Program-made: the position numbers and the translations under genes
Notes under the pieces: generated by a model
Database searches by the model: none
Seen by the model: only the letters and a program-made list of their open reading frames with translations
Told to the model about the DNA's origin: nothing
From: Trichosphaerium sp. ATCC 40318
Lineage: Eukaryota > Protista > Tubulinea
NCBI GenBank assembly: GCA_038496445.1
Contig: JALMLS010000406.1
Coordinates: forward strand, 1-43,357
Direction of reading: 5' to 3'
DNA: 43,357 nt
In this document: one piece after another, positions 21,480-34,208 of the stretch
Position numbering within the stretch: the first letter of the stretch is position 1
How the letters are laid out: each line of letters starts with the position of its first letter

Positions 21480-24155
21480 ATGTTATGCGTTTCAAAAACT
21501 GTAGGATGTTATTGCTCAAATACAACCGCATACGGGTTTTCTAGGCGTAATAGTGCTGTGGTTGTCACGCGGTCATGTAATTATTTGATATTACAAGTTT
21601 TTATGTTAAATATCGCGTAGATAGCTATACACCATCTGGATTCTCAACTAACCTCCATGCAACGCATCATGTCAAAGAAATATTTGATTTGTTCACAACG
21701 CGCATTGCGCCTGATCTAAATGTCTATGTCGTACGCGACTGGTATAAAGTAACGCGTGAGGAGGTATTAAACCTTGATTATACAAGAGGGTCGTTCAGGA
21801 CGTACGGTAAAAAATTTCTGTTTTTTTCAGAAAACCAACAACCAAACGTTGTTCGATTTTAAACTCGATTCAATATTATTCTTACTATCAAATAGGCTTC
21901 CACTATCAATACCTAAGATAATACCATTAATATATCCAGATTTAAATTGGATTGAGTGGATGTTCAAGTGCGTGGAGTGATTGACAAAAACATGTAAAGA
22001 AAATCATAATTTTTCTTTCAGAGATACAACCCTTGGTAAATGGAACTCCTTAGAGAATCAACGCTCGAAAATGAGTAGTGTATTTAAAGCTCTTGGTGTT
22101 AAGACTATGGATGATTTGTACAGAATCAAGAAGAGTCAGATTGCAGGACAAAATGCAGCAGGACTTTTAAAAAGGTAAAAAAAAAGAAAAGGTTTATTTA
22201 TTACTTGTTTTATCGATACCTTTCTTGCTGTTTGTTTAATTTCTCTTCAGATATGGTGGATCATATCAACGGGCTTTTAGAAAGCTGTTCCCTGACTATA
22301 ACTTTGTAAACTGGAAGTTTGAGTATGCAGCAACTGTTTTCTTTTTTGGAAGGCGTTTTCTAACTGCAGTAATGTAGTGTAGCGCCACAGTATCATTGGG
22401 CTTCAGTGATTAACCAAAGACAGAGATTAGATCATATAGGAAGATTACTTGGTATCAAGACAATGGATGGATGGTATCCCATGTCAGCAGAAGAGCTTGT
22501 ATTATGTGGAGCACGTGGGTTGTTCAACATGTACGTTCAGATTGATCTTAAACTCAAGAACTTATCTCTTTTATTTAATTAGGTATGAAGGATCTGTAGT
22601 GTTAGCACTTCAAGGCATATATCCTCACTACAATTGGGTGCCTTGGAATTTCAGGTGCGATCACAAAATCAGAGTTTTGTTTGATGTCTGTTTTATTCTT
22701 TGTGGATTATTTTTGGCTTTGTACCTTATTTTCTTTATTTAGGACTGGCGTTCCTAGACGTTTTTGGTCTAAGTTAGATAACCAACGTGCATTTTTCAAT
22801 GACAGAGCTGAGAAGTTTGAGATAAAAGATCTTGATGGTTGGTATCGTATTACAAAAAATGACTTAACTGACTGTGGTGGCTCTGGGCTCATGAAGCAGT
22901 ACGACATCCATCAAGCATCAATTTTTAGTAGTTTATTAATATTGACACTATTAAAATGTAGGTATAAAAACTCAGTATCTCTTGCGTTACGCACTATGTA
23001 TCCCGATCATGATTGGGAAATTTTAAAGTTCAAGTACGGTCTTGTACTTTTCTTCTTTAATCTTAATTAATGTGCTCTTCTTTCAGAAAAGTACCACAAA
23101 GGTATTGGGCAAATAGAGAGAATAGAATTAAACATATGAAGCGTCTTGAGAAGCAGCTAGGCATCACTGATCCGAATGGATGGTACAAGCAAATTTTCTT
23201 TGAATTTTTTTCTTTATCCCTTATTTGGTTCTTAGGTATCGTGTTTCTGGACCTCAAATTGGCGAAATTGGATCTCCTGGGCTAATGACTCATTTCCCAA
23301 GGGTACTTTTAGAGCTTCATCCCAACGTTAAATGGGATTTTTCACAATTCTCAAAACGTACCGATAAGAAGTCACAACAAAGGTAACTGGATATTCGTTT
23401 GCTTTTGAAAATGGTTCTCACTCTGTCTTACAAGAACGCTGATGGAAATGATAAAATTTGTATTCCCAGATTCAGAAGTACAAGAAGAGTTTGCTATTGG
23501 CGTTGATAGAGAGACAGGGAACCCAGTTAATGTTGACGTGTACATATCAGACTACAATCTTGGTTTGGAGTATCAGGGTAATTGATCACAATTTTTGGCT
23601 TTTTTTTCAGTTGACAATACTAAAATTCCGCAAGGAGAGCACCACTATCATGATGTATATTCTTTTACACCTCCACGAACAGTCTTTGAAGCAAGAGATA
23701 GAGAAAAAGCACAAGAGTGTGCAGACAATGGTACAATCTCATTTTTCTTATTTTTTTCTTTCTTCTGGGTCTACTGATAGCGTTCAATTTTTCTCTTTAA
23801 AGTTCATTTCGTTTAGGTATATATTTGGTACCTATACCTTACTGGTGGGATGTACGATACCTTTTCTCCACTGAAATATTTCTTCAAAGAGAGCTCACGT
23901 TTTTTAAACAGGGAGAAGTGGATTCTTTGATAGAGCTTATTATCACAAATGCTCCTCATTTATCTGATGTACTTAGTCCTCGTATTGGTTCAACATCACC
24001 ATTATCTCTGTATTCACCAATAGAGATGTCAGGTACAATTACTAGTTCTCACTGCAGCCCTATACTTACTTTTTTTTCAATTAGAAAGAGTACTTGGTAC
24101 AAAAGTTATGTCTCCAGTTGTAGATTATGCCTCCGTGGTGAAATCTAGTACATAA
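21480..24155 (+). CDS. Trp-rich helical-repeat protein with C-terminal PD-(D/E)XK/RAP-like domain
   Basis: About five repeats of W...NQR......L.I...DGWY.........G..GL...Y..S...AL...YP...W..W.F. C-terminal NVDVYISDYNLGLEYQGEHHY...RDREKAQEC...GIYLVPIPYWWD. The start is tentative; the N-terminus is basic and acid-free (mitochondrial-targeting-like). Confidence 0.75.
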
Positions 24156-24456
24156 GAAGTTGTATAAATAAATGTATTTTGAAGAAGCAGTCACCAATAC
24201 TCAGCTCTTTTTTTAAGTAGCACGTGCAATCAACGTCTTTGCGACAGGGCATAAAATGTCATATGTAATAAATACCCAAGCGAGTACGCCCACATTCTAG
24301 TACGTTTTGTCGTTTACTGTTATTGATTGTATTGTAATAAAAAACTACAGTTTCCTTGAACACAAATGGTATTAAAACCAGAGAAAGTATGCTCATGTAC
24401 TGTAGGTTTGTGTATTTCGTGTTTTGTTATCTACCATTTGTCAGCGTATGAATTAT

Positions 24457-25296
24457 CTATTTGTTTTGTGGCTGTTGCTTTATTTCAGTTGAAATCGTTC
24501 CTATCTTTCTTTCTGATGGGTGTCCTCTAATCAGCACATCAAGAATAAAGTCCCATAGTAATTGATATAAAGATCTATACATCAATACCACATGACCGCT
24601 TACTCCAGGACCACACTCATTACCTGATAGCCACCATACACTTGCAATATTGCTATCATTAATATGAGATTTCTTGTTTTGAGTCATGGCTTTGTTAGTG
24701 TCAATATAAACACACTGCATCTCAGTTACTTCCTGCTTAAAGGGTCCCACAATACCTGTACCCTTTGCAATGCGGTAAAATCCTTTTAGCGACTCTTCAT
24801 CTGCATAGCCGAAGTCACCTTCTAATTCCATTTCTTGATCAAAGTAGTATCCACATGGCAGCACGTGTATTGTTCTCGTTGGTTCGGCAACTCCTTGAAA
24901 ACATAACTTTTCTGGCTTTTCCTGCATACATTTCAGAATAAGACCTTTAGGATGAGCATCATAGAATGACTTGAGCCAAAAGTTTGAGTTCAAAAGCTTA
25001 GCTAAGTTCTCGTCGTATTTTACTTGAAAATTGCTTAGATTGTTTACACCATCATTAAACTCTTCTGTGGAGAATCTTGAGAGCTCATTAAAGCATTCTA
25101 GAGGCGTTTTACCTGACAAACGAACACATGGAGAGCTTCGAGGTGATAAATAGCGTGGTACGTTAGTATTGAATATGGAACGTCGTATGTAAGTGTCAGT
25201 TAGCATTATACTTCGTAAACTCTTACAGACTAACGTCAAGCTATAATAATCATCATAGTGTGTATACGCTAGCGAGAGGTGTAGTGCTAGATTCAT
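24457..25296 (-). CDS. Intronless F-box-like protein (possible SMI1/KNR4-like C-terminus)
   Basis: 279-aa uninterrupted ORF. N-terminal Y..LTLVCKSLRSI resembles the end of an F-box. C-terminal VYID...VWW...MYRSLYQLL is weakly SMI1-like. Confidence 0.55.
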   Translation of the reverse strand: MNLALHLSLAYTHYDDYYSLTLVCKSLRSIMLTDTYIRRSIFNTNVPRYLSPRSSPCVRLSGKTPLECFNELSRFSTEEFNDGVNNLSNFQVKYDENLAKLLNSNFWLKSFYDAHPKGLILKCMQEKPEKLCFQGVAEPTRTIHVLPCGYYFDQEMELEGDFGYADEESLKGFYRIAKGTGIVGPFKQEVTEMQCVYIDTNKAMTQNKKSHINDSNIASVWWLSGNECGPGVSGHVVLMYRSLYQLLWDFILDVLIRGHPSERKIGTISTEIKQQPQNK

Positions 25297-25565
25297 TATT
25301 GTTTACATTGAAGCGACATTCTGTGAATGCGAGTGTCCAAGTTGTCTTTGCTCATGATTTGCTTTTGACCTTTCTAGTTTTCAGAATAGTCATCCCCGAG
25401 GAATCCAGTCAAATACTGTCCTTCAACAGTTATCGTACAACAAAGAATACCAAGTGTATGAAACACGTTGAAATACGTATCAGAGTAGTCGTTGCTATTG
25501 CTGTCTTGTAAATTAAACTAGCAGGCTATCATAACAAAAGGTTTATTTAAATCAATGAGGTTATT

Positions 25566-26935
25566 CTACTGAGTTATTGTCAAGTATTGAGAGCTATTAT
25601 TAACAGAAACAGGTAGAGGAGCAGATGTAGACGAAGCCATCGTACTTGAGCAACAACAAAAACATGACATGTATTCTTCTCTTACTTTCTTTGAGAACAG
25701 AACATAGAAGATGCCGTTTGCAAAGCCCTAAAGCTTTTAACAAACAAAAGTAGAATAAAAAGATTCAAAGGCAAACATCTACTTTAAAAAACACGTGCTT
25801 GTGCTGGGTCTCCAATAGAGTGCAAAATTTCAAGCCAATAGAACTTGTAAAAAGGAAATACTGGGGTTGTCCGAAGGTAGTTCATCTCAAGCACACTATG
25901 AGCCATCCCCCATATACGTAGCAGTATAAATACAAGTGGTATAAACGTTAGTTTTCCTACTATATTAAATTTCTTTAGAGATATACTTAGCTATAAACAG
26001 ACACTTAGAAGGTTAGATACAACACTGTTGAGTACCCTCTTTTGTTTCTTTATCATGATGCGTAGCTGTGCCCTCGTCAGTAAATAAAATATAAGAGATA
26101 ATATCCAAGCCAATGTTAGTGGTGTCTAGTTACAGAGTAAGCAAAATACAACTGGTGTTTGGACATACGTAAACAGTAACTATTCTGTATGTTTGCCAAT
26201 CAGGTGTAGGAGAAGGAATAAAGCACCAAACGCTGTGAGGTATTCTTCCACCAACTTTTGTTATTTCAACTAGTATTAGAGAGAATAGAGGATAACCCTT
26301 TTTTATAAAAAACATCAGCGTCAACAACCCACGTGATAAAAAAAAACTGAAAAAAAAAAGGCCAAGTGGAAAACAACTTTGTTGTACCCATGCCACTATG
26401 TGGTAGTATTTGAAGTATGATGTATTAATAGCCATAGTTTTTGTACATATATATAAATGTATTGCAATGCAACTTGTCCAGAAAAAACTCGATGAAGTAA
26501 AGAAAATATTAATACCAGCCCAATATCCACAAAATCCATCCTTTTTCGAAAAGAAAACTGTCGCAAAAAAAAAAAAACGTTAGCCAAATTTCGGTTCATT
26601 TTTATCACGTGCCTGAAGCCAAATAGCAAACAGCGGATGAAAAATCGGTAATACTGTAATTTCCATAAGTAAACAATAATCAAGTACGTCGTAATGGCGT
26701 TTCGAACCTGAGAATGACGACTAGAAGTCTTGAAGGTGATCTACACCTTTTGAAAGACCAACTCAAAATAATGAGGCCAGAACCGATCATTGACAATATA
26801 CTTATGTTTTACAGCGTTAAGAGAGTGTTTCACACATGGTTTGTGTTACATTATAAAAAACAAGGCCTACCTCATTACGATTACAATCACATTGATAACC
26901 AACGTTTTTGTAGCGTCTTCAGCGTCCCCTGTCAT
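25566..26935 (-). CDS. 7TM GPCR of the cAMP-receptor-like/GPR157 type
   Basis: LSMIGSGLII (TM1), WCFI in ECL2, FIPLVFILLRIW (TM6), DPAQGFANGIFYV (TM7), and a Cys-rich tail. Confidence 0.82.
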
Positions 26936-27237
26936 AATAAAGGCTTCTTTTTTTTTACGTATAAACCGTTTTTCTTTGTAGAAGATTGACGACTACTGTT
27001 CGAACATTCGTTCTGCTTTTTCGGAAGAAAAGTTGTACCGAATTTCATACTTGAGCTTTACAACCACTATTCTAATGACTGTGGTGCTATGCAAGTATTC
27101 AGTACAGATAACTAGAGCTACGCTATAAAGCATCAAGTATTACGCAGCTGAGGATGAACTATGTTTATTCTGTGACGACTAGTACTGCACTTGTTTTTTG
27201 CTCTGTTGCGTTTTGACCGAGATTCCATAGCTAGTAT

Positions 27238-27678
27238 TCAAACGCGTATTCTATAAATATTCGCACTACCTTGGAAAAATAAATCTGTAGGGCGATAGTG
27301 CCAATATTCACCGCCTATGCTAATGAAAAGATAGTCCCCAACCCATATCATGGTCGGCTTTGTACGTGACTTATAATGCATTTTGTCAAATATTGTTAAA
27401 GGAAAACTAAGATTAACAAGTACGAATATATTATTCACATATTTGTACACGTGAAATTCATCATCATCTAGAACTAAAACAAACATTGCATCACAGTCTT
27501 CATTATCACTCTTTGCCATTGCTTGTATTGATCCTCTATAAGTGAAACTGTAGTCTTTTACAACATTGATGTCTTCTTTCCCCATCTTAATAAAAGAACC
27601 AACACCTCTTCTAAATCCATAACTGCCATTGTAATACTTACAAGAGGTAATGACATAACACCCGATAGATATTGGTCC
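27238..27678 (-). CDS. Unknown protein or terminal-exon fragment
   Basis: About 145 open codons preceded by an AG acceptor-like site, ending in TGA. No recognisable family. Confidence 0.35.
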   Translation of the reverse strand, partial: GPISIGCYVITSCKYYNGSYGFRRGVGSFIKMGKEDINVVKDYSFTYRGSIQAMAKSDNEDCDAMFVLVLDDDEFHVYKYVNNIFVLVNLSFPLTIFDKMHYKSRTKPTMIWVGDYLFISIGGEYWHYRPTDLFFQGSANIYRIRV

Positions 27679-27793
27679 CTTATTTTACGGAGCTCTTTTA
27701 AAAGCATGAAAACAAGATACATATTTTTCTAACGGAAACAGGTGTCACTTTTTGACAGTGTTTTATTGTAAATATGGAACTCCAGAGGTGATG

Positions 27794-28780
27794 TTAGATG
27801 GCTCTTTCGCTACAGTAGTAGAGAGCAATGATAAAGGTGTAAATTTGAAGAATAACGAAAGGTGTGCCAAGTGGAGCGCCACTTGATGATCCTTGTGGTG
27901 CTGATGGAGCAATACTAGTGGGTACTGTGGGGACCGTGGGCGCTGTTGTTGTGGGAAGAATAGGTGCCGTGGCTGTTGTTGTGGGAGGAACGGGTGCTGT
28001 TGGCGGCTCAGTAGTAGTAGGTACTGTGGGGACCGTGGGTGCTGTTGTTGTGGGAAGCATAGGTGCCGTGGGTGCCTCTGTAGTAGGTACAACCTGCCAT
28101 GCTGGGCATGTTGGTGATGTTGTAGCGCTCATACAATCTGGTGTTTCGAACACTAATATAATACAATGTTAGAGGCTTTACCTTATTGTTAGACCTTCTT
28201 ACCTTCAAATTCTACATATCCAACAGACACAGTATCATTCGCTGTCTCAGACTCCGTCATGTTACCAATGTTAAGGTATGCAATGTAACCCTATAAGGAA
28301 TGTTAAAAGAAAACAATAAATGAAGTTGCAAACCATTCTAGCGCAATCTTCCATTGTGTACTCCAACGAGCCATTAACACTTGGCAAGGCAAACTTGTCT
28401 TTAACAGAGCATGTTAGCAAGAAACTGAGACACTATCCGTTCGGGAATGGATGTACCTATCCAAGCAAGGAACTCGCCGGTACCATCTGCTTGCCATATA
28501 CCAACCCACATGTCGGTTTCAGTGGCATTAGTCCAAGTAATTTTCTGCGTACCTCCCTACAAAAGAAAGGTCATTACTGATGACCTGTCTTCATCATGCG
28601 TTACCTGACAGATTGTCTCATTGCTGACTTGGATAGTATAATTATTTACTAAAAAACTAGACATGACAGTTTGTACTGAAAGCGCGCTTCGTTTCTCCAT
28701 GCCCATTTTAGCATCGCCTTGTTTTTGGCGAATGAGGTCTTGACACATTGGAACAGTATCATTCCTATGTAGCATATCAT
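27794..28780 (-). CDS. Putative GPI-anchored surface protein with Pro/Thr-rich stalk
   Basis: Signal-like MICYIGMILFQCVKTSFA. Spliced domain NETICQGGTQKITW... PT-rich tandem repeats. Ends GSSSG followed by a hydrophobic tail. Confidence 0.65.
27920..28090. repeat. Coding tandem repeats (PTTTAPTVPTVPT)
   Basis: ggtactgtggggaccgtgggYgctgttgttgtgggaag occurs twice ~100 nt apart, plus partial units. Confidence 0.85.
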
Positions 28781-30489
28781 GTACACTACGGCCCAGTCGT
28801 GTCATTGCACGCTTCAAGAATCCTTGTGAAGTCCCGTATACTATGTGGTTCTCGACGAATCTTGCAGTGTGTATACCCCAGCTACCACGGTTAAAACTAC
28901 AAGCATCTCCTGTTTCCTTCATGAAATTGATTTGCCAGTTTAGTGCACCTGTGTTGGTGGTAACACCAGCATAAGAATGCTTCCATTGGTTCTTGTAATG
29001 CCACATGTGATAAGATTCGATAGGCGGCAATAATACTTCCTGTCATCAAAAAGTCAGCTTTCCAGCACGTGAAAATAATGTGTACCTCCTTGATGCCGTG
29101 CGCTTGGGCTTTAGATAGCAATTGAGAATCCCAGTGCATATACGTGTGAATGGCTTCCTCATCAAATCCTCGGAGATCATGCCACTTTTTCTTTGACATC
29201 AGAATGAAATCTCCACTTGCAGCAAAGTACGGATCAGTAGTTTGCTCTACAATCCACATAAGCTAATTGATCGTTCACGCTAAAATGTTGCCCTTGATCA
29301 CGTGCCTTGATTGACGGAATTACGTTCTTCATTCCAAAATCGAGTAATCTCTTCATCCATTCTTGCTAACGACCTAAGGGTTGTTCAATATGATTAGCGA
29401 TAGGTAAACCATTTTGAACCTACCAGGATTGATCAACGTCAAAAGTTTGGTGTTTTCCAAAGATACTAGTTACATCATTACTAAGTGTCTTTGCAAGTTT
29501 CGAAGGTGCGATATCCTCAGGAACTATGTGACCAGTGTTCTGTAGACCAATGCGATAGTAAGAAGACTCTTTCATTCTTGTGATTTTAAAGTGTTAGAGT
29601 TATTTAGAGTGGCGATAATAGGATCGGTTTGCTTACTTGTCGCTAGCCAAACAGTCCCACGCAGCATCAGACAAGATAACATCACCATTGGTAGTTAGAA
29701 CCCATTTACCTTGTGCCTAACATGGTTACAACAATCGAAACATTCACATCCACCCTCACCCTTCTAATGCCGACATTTTTGGCTATGAACTCGTACATAT
29801 CTCTGCGCTTTGAGTGGGTAAATACTGAATGGTACGAGTGAGGCACCTGTACAAATTATTATAAGTAAGCATCTCACTAACAGCGATAACTAAATGAGGG
29901 TACCGTGATTATGTTTATGGAGGGAATGTTCTTGAGTTTTGACAATTCTAGCTCACGTGCAATGCGTTGTCTCCCTGAAGGAGGATTCCACTCTACAACA
30001 ACAAGTTCTAAACTGAAAGAAATCAGCGCTGAATAAGAGAAATGCCTCAAGAAGTCCAAAGTTGTTTCTACTTTTTCTTCGTAGAAAGTTCCAAAAAAAA
30101 AAGACTTGGAGTAGCTTCATTTCATTTACCGTATTCCAGTCCTCTTTGTTTGATAATCTATGTTTCGAACAAAGTGCTTGAATCGATGAAAGGCATTTCC
30201 TAAAAAGATTGTTGGACACAAAAAAAGCTGCTAACTAACTACACCTCCATAGTGGTCATTTCGTAGCGATACTACAACGCTCAAGTGCGGTCTAGCGAAC
30301 TTGTTATTAAAGAATTGAAAGTGACAACAAAAGAACAGAAGCTGTTTTGGAATGGTTTGCGTTTGTGATGCTGAAAAAACAACCACGTGTCTCATACCGG
30401 TTTATAAAGGGGAAAAGACCCATAAACACTAGCGGGCCAAGAAATCCCACTAAAAGTAAGCCTAAAGTTATTGTTTTGCTTGTCTTCAT
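28618..30489 (-). CDS. Type II membrane GT-A fold glycosyltransferase-like protein
   Basis: N-terminal TM, then LSVVVSLRNDHYGG, LELVVVEWNPP, EFIAKNVGIRRAQGKWVLTTNGD, ASGDFILMSKKKWHDLRGFDE and HWDSQL. The stop position is uncertain (see findings). Confidence 0.75.
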
Positions 30490-30786
30490 ATTGAAGGGAA
30501 GGACTTGTTGCTACAAGTGTTTGTTCTACACAACTACCCAAATGCGCGTTCACATTTTTTTATCATAATTTTTTTCTATTACCTAATAACCCAAAACGTT
30601 TTAGTACCTTCTGTTTACCTGACAAGAAAACTGCAGAAAAAACAAGTAGGAACAGAATGTGACGACTCCAATAGAGAACTATGTGGGTCGTCAGTACTTT
30701 TCGGTCAAACTATGTCGTGGCTTTATTAAGTATTTCGAAGAACAATACTTGTTCAACTTGCTCAAATTTATTTTGGGATATGATTG

Positions 30787-31693
30787 TTACTTATACCCTA
30801 CAAGGTAAATAGAAGCTCTGTGACAATTGTTCGTTTGGACATCATTGCATTGCACATGTACTTTTCTCTCTTCTGTTATTGGAAGCCAGAAATTTTCACT
30901 ATCGAAGGAAATAGCATTTTGACCATACCTAGCCGCAAATTTTGGTTTGTTGTACATCTGCCCGTCATTGCCAGTAGTCCAAATATGCACCCAGAAACTT
31001 CTACTTGGTGCTTCACTACCAGTTCTTATCTGATAACCCAACTAAAATAATCAATAAAATGGTCTACTAAGAAATACGCTCACTTAAATTGCAAGCAACA
31101 CTAAACAGTAGAAAAAACACGGAAAATAGTGAAATGATAGATTGTACCAATATGCTTTTGGCGCTTCTTGGGATAGTAGCTGGCAGGTTAAAGGATAATA
31201 CATCTTTGGAAGCAAAGGTGATTTCTCCAAATACAGGGATATTTTGCATTGGAGGCAACAAAGAAACAAACCTCTCATCTGTTAGTGTAGCAACCATGGT
31301 CTTCAGAGCCTCAACTTCGCGTTCCATTGTGTGTATCTTTGTTCTCATTGAGACTAGTTCTTTTTTCTCTGCGGTGAGTGTTTGTCGCTTTAACTCAACG
31401 GGAAATGGCACACCTGGGATTTGAGCATTTAACGTATTATTTGGTGTCGATTCGATTATAGGTATGCCGTTTAACAGATTCTCACGTAGAGCAGGCAGAA
31501 TCCACCCCTTAATGCTAAGGGATCCACTAAATACACTAGAATCTGATTCTCTTGTAGCTTCGACTTGTAGCTCGGCGGTGTTATCCTAACACGGTAAGAG
31601 CGAGTCCAAAAGAGCTCTTACAGTTATTATAGTAGTAGTCAACAAATAGCCTTCTAGCCGTTTTGTAAACGTGGATGGGGCAGGCTCACTCAT
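30787..31693 (-). CDS. Uncharacterised coiled-coil protein with C-terminal beta domain
   Basis: Coherent spliced ORF MSEPAPST..., coiled coil ELVSMRTKIHTMEREVEALK, ending NAISFDSENFWLP...YLVGYK*. Confidence 0.6.
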
Positions 31694-31887
31694 ATTAGTT
31701 GTCACTTTCCAATATCAATAATATTAAAGATCAGAGTGTACAAACGGGACTAACTACTTTGTAGGAACTCAACAGCTACCTTAACAACTGCCATTAAGTT
31801 TATTTATTTTATTGACTTCTTTGAGATAAGACAGTCTCGCTGAAAGAAATGCATGGTTGATTGTATGTACATTTTTTGTTTATTTAT

Positions 31888-32883
31888 TTACATTACTTGG
31901 TTAGTAGAGTCTACATCCATACTATGTTGTTTTGGTGTTGACATGTACGAAGCTGGTAAAGGATTACCTTCCATATGTACAGCCACATTTCCAGATGATA
32001 ATAAAATAATTGTAATCTGTTGAAACGCTGCTTTTCTTGCTCTTGTGAGTGCTGTTTTTTTGGCTCTATTTATAACCTCTCCACGTGAATCACCAACAGC
32101 ACGCCCATCTCCTACACCATTTACAGATCTTCCATCACGTAATGAGATGCATATTTTAGCTTGAAAGGTACAACAATAGTGTCCATCATCGCCTAAGAAC
32201 AAAAAAAAAATAAGCAAAAAAGTTCGATTCCGCCTTTGTTTGTTCTTGCTTTGTTCGTACCGAGAGCTGGTTGTTCTGTTTTTGCCATTGCGAGAATATT
32301 TGAACACCAACCGTTAAAGCCAAGGAAATAATTCGCTACTTCAATACTACCAGTAAGGGTTAGAGTGCTTTTGGGCAGTTTTTGTTTGATTGAAGTTTCG
32401 TACCATCTGCTTATTTTTAATCCGGCATCGAATGGTATGTACGTGTTTTCACTTGATTCTTGAGGCTTGAGAGGTAATAAACGCAAAGGTGCGTTGCCGA
32501 ATAAGCGAACGCCCTCTAAACTCTCTTTTGCGCGTAACGCGTGTTGTACCGCGTAGAATCGAAGTATAGCATACGTTGCCTGCCCTTAAATCGATGTCAG
32601 TTTAAAAAAAACAAAATATTTTACAGGAATAGCCAACGACACAACAAATATCACTTAGCTACCACGTAATACTATAAAATTAACACGAACCGTTTTGTGA
32701 TGGCTTTGAAAATATGTGTAAGCTGTGAATTAACCCAAACTCTAGAAATACGTCTTCTATGGTAGAAAACAGCCAGAACTCTTCTTCTTCTGAATTAATT
32801 TGTGGCAACCCGCAAACAAACAGCCCAGCATCGTCTACTGGCTTGACAAACTTTATAATCTCACCGCCAACACCTCTTTGCAT
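31888..32883 (-). CDS. RDM1: RAD52 motif-containing protein 1 (RRM + Rad52-like domain)
   Basis: RRM (LFVCGL...VFLEFGLIHSL...YAILRFY), then ANYFLGFNGWCSNI and AKKTAL..A..AAFQQITIILLSSGNVAVH, matching the RDM1 architecture. Confidence 0.85.
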
Positions 32884-33144
32884 TTTGTAGTGAACTGCAG
32901 ACAGAATAACATATTGAGTTCAAAGCAAGTCAAAACAGTTTTTTCATCGAAGATTCTGTGACATTTCAGGGTCAACAGCCATTTTCTCCAACCTCGTGCA
33001 AGTAAAAATAACACATGCCCTTCAACACTAATCACGTGCGAAAAGCTGGGTTATCAGAATAGATTAGGTTCAGGTGAGATACGGAAACATTACCTGAAAA
33101 TACTTCTTGGCGTGCAGCCAAATCAAAATAGGAAGTGACGAGTC

Positions 33145-34208
33145 ATGAGCTTACTGTTAGATCTGCCAAGTGAAATTCAAGTGCTAATATGCTCCACTAA
33201 TGAGGAGGTATTTGCCAAATACCATTGCTTGTCTTTGAAGGCAGCTACCAGCACCAATTACTCAAGGTAAATTGTATTTGTTTATTATTTTAGCAATAAT
33301 GTGGTTATTCAAGTTCACTTCAAAAAACAGGGGTTTGGCTGTCTTGGCATTACAACGGACAATTAAAGACTCAAATAAACATGACAGATGGCAAATACCA
33401 CGGCAAGATGATGCAGTGGCACGACAATGGAATCGTGTACAACACTGGCCTATATTTGGATGGCAAACGACAGGGAGAACATAAATTTTATGGTAAAAAT
33501 GGCAAACTCGGAACGTGCTGTAGATTCGTGGATGACAAGGAGAACAGCAAACGCGAGGAGTGGAGAAACGATCACCTTTTCCGTCTGTCGTTGTACAGGG
33601 ATCACAACTTGCATGGAAGGTTTCAAGAATGGCACGAAAATGGAGTGCTTATAGAAAAGTGCAATTACAAGGATGGTAGAAAGCATGGAGAGCGCAAAAC
33701 ATGGTTCAACAATGGACAACTCAAAATGAAATCTTTTTACATTGACGGTCGGCGTGAGGGTGATTTTATCACGTGGTACAAGGACGGAACAAAGCACCGG
33801 CAGAAAAGTTTTAAAAATGACATTATAGATGGAGAGTACAAGACTTGGTTTGAAAATGGACAAGTCGACAGCCTTTGGCACTACAAGGACGGCTACATAG
33901 ATGGAGAAAGCAAGGAATGGTATGAAAATGGCCAAATGTGCTATCATAACTGGTACGAGGACGGCAGATACCATGGAGAGTACAGAAAGTGGTGGAGAAA
34001 TGGACAAATAGCAGAAAGTCGGTATTACAAACGACAGCTTGCCCAAGGAGAGTTCAAAACATGGCGCGAAAATGGACAAATGCGCGAGCTTGGCTTTTAC
34101 AAGGATGACAAGAAACATGGCGAGTACAAAAGGTGGGATAAAAACGGAATTTTGATCGAACATTCCACGTACAACGAAGGCTCAAGAAGGAGTACATTCA
34201 ACACCTAA
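33145..34208 (+). CDS. F-box + MORN-variant (YwqK-like) repeat protein
   Basis: Exon 1 is MSLLLDLPSEIQVLIC (F-box). After one intron come ~12 repeats of G....W.ENGQ......YKDG.. Confidence 0.88.

Noticed and set aside
33450-34163. 237-aa minus-strand ORF
   Set aside because: Antisense shadow of the repetitive MORN-variant gene.
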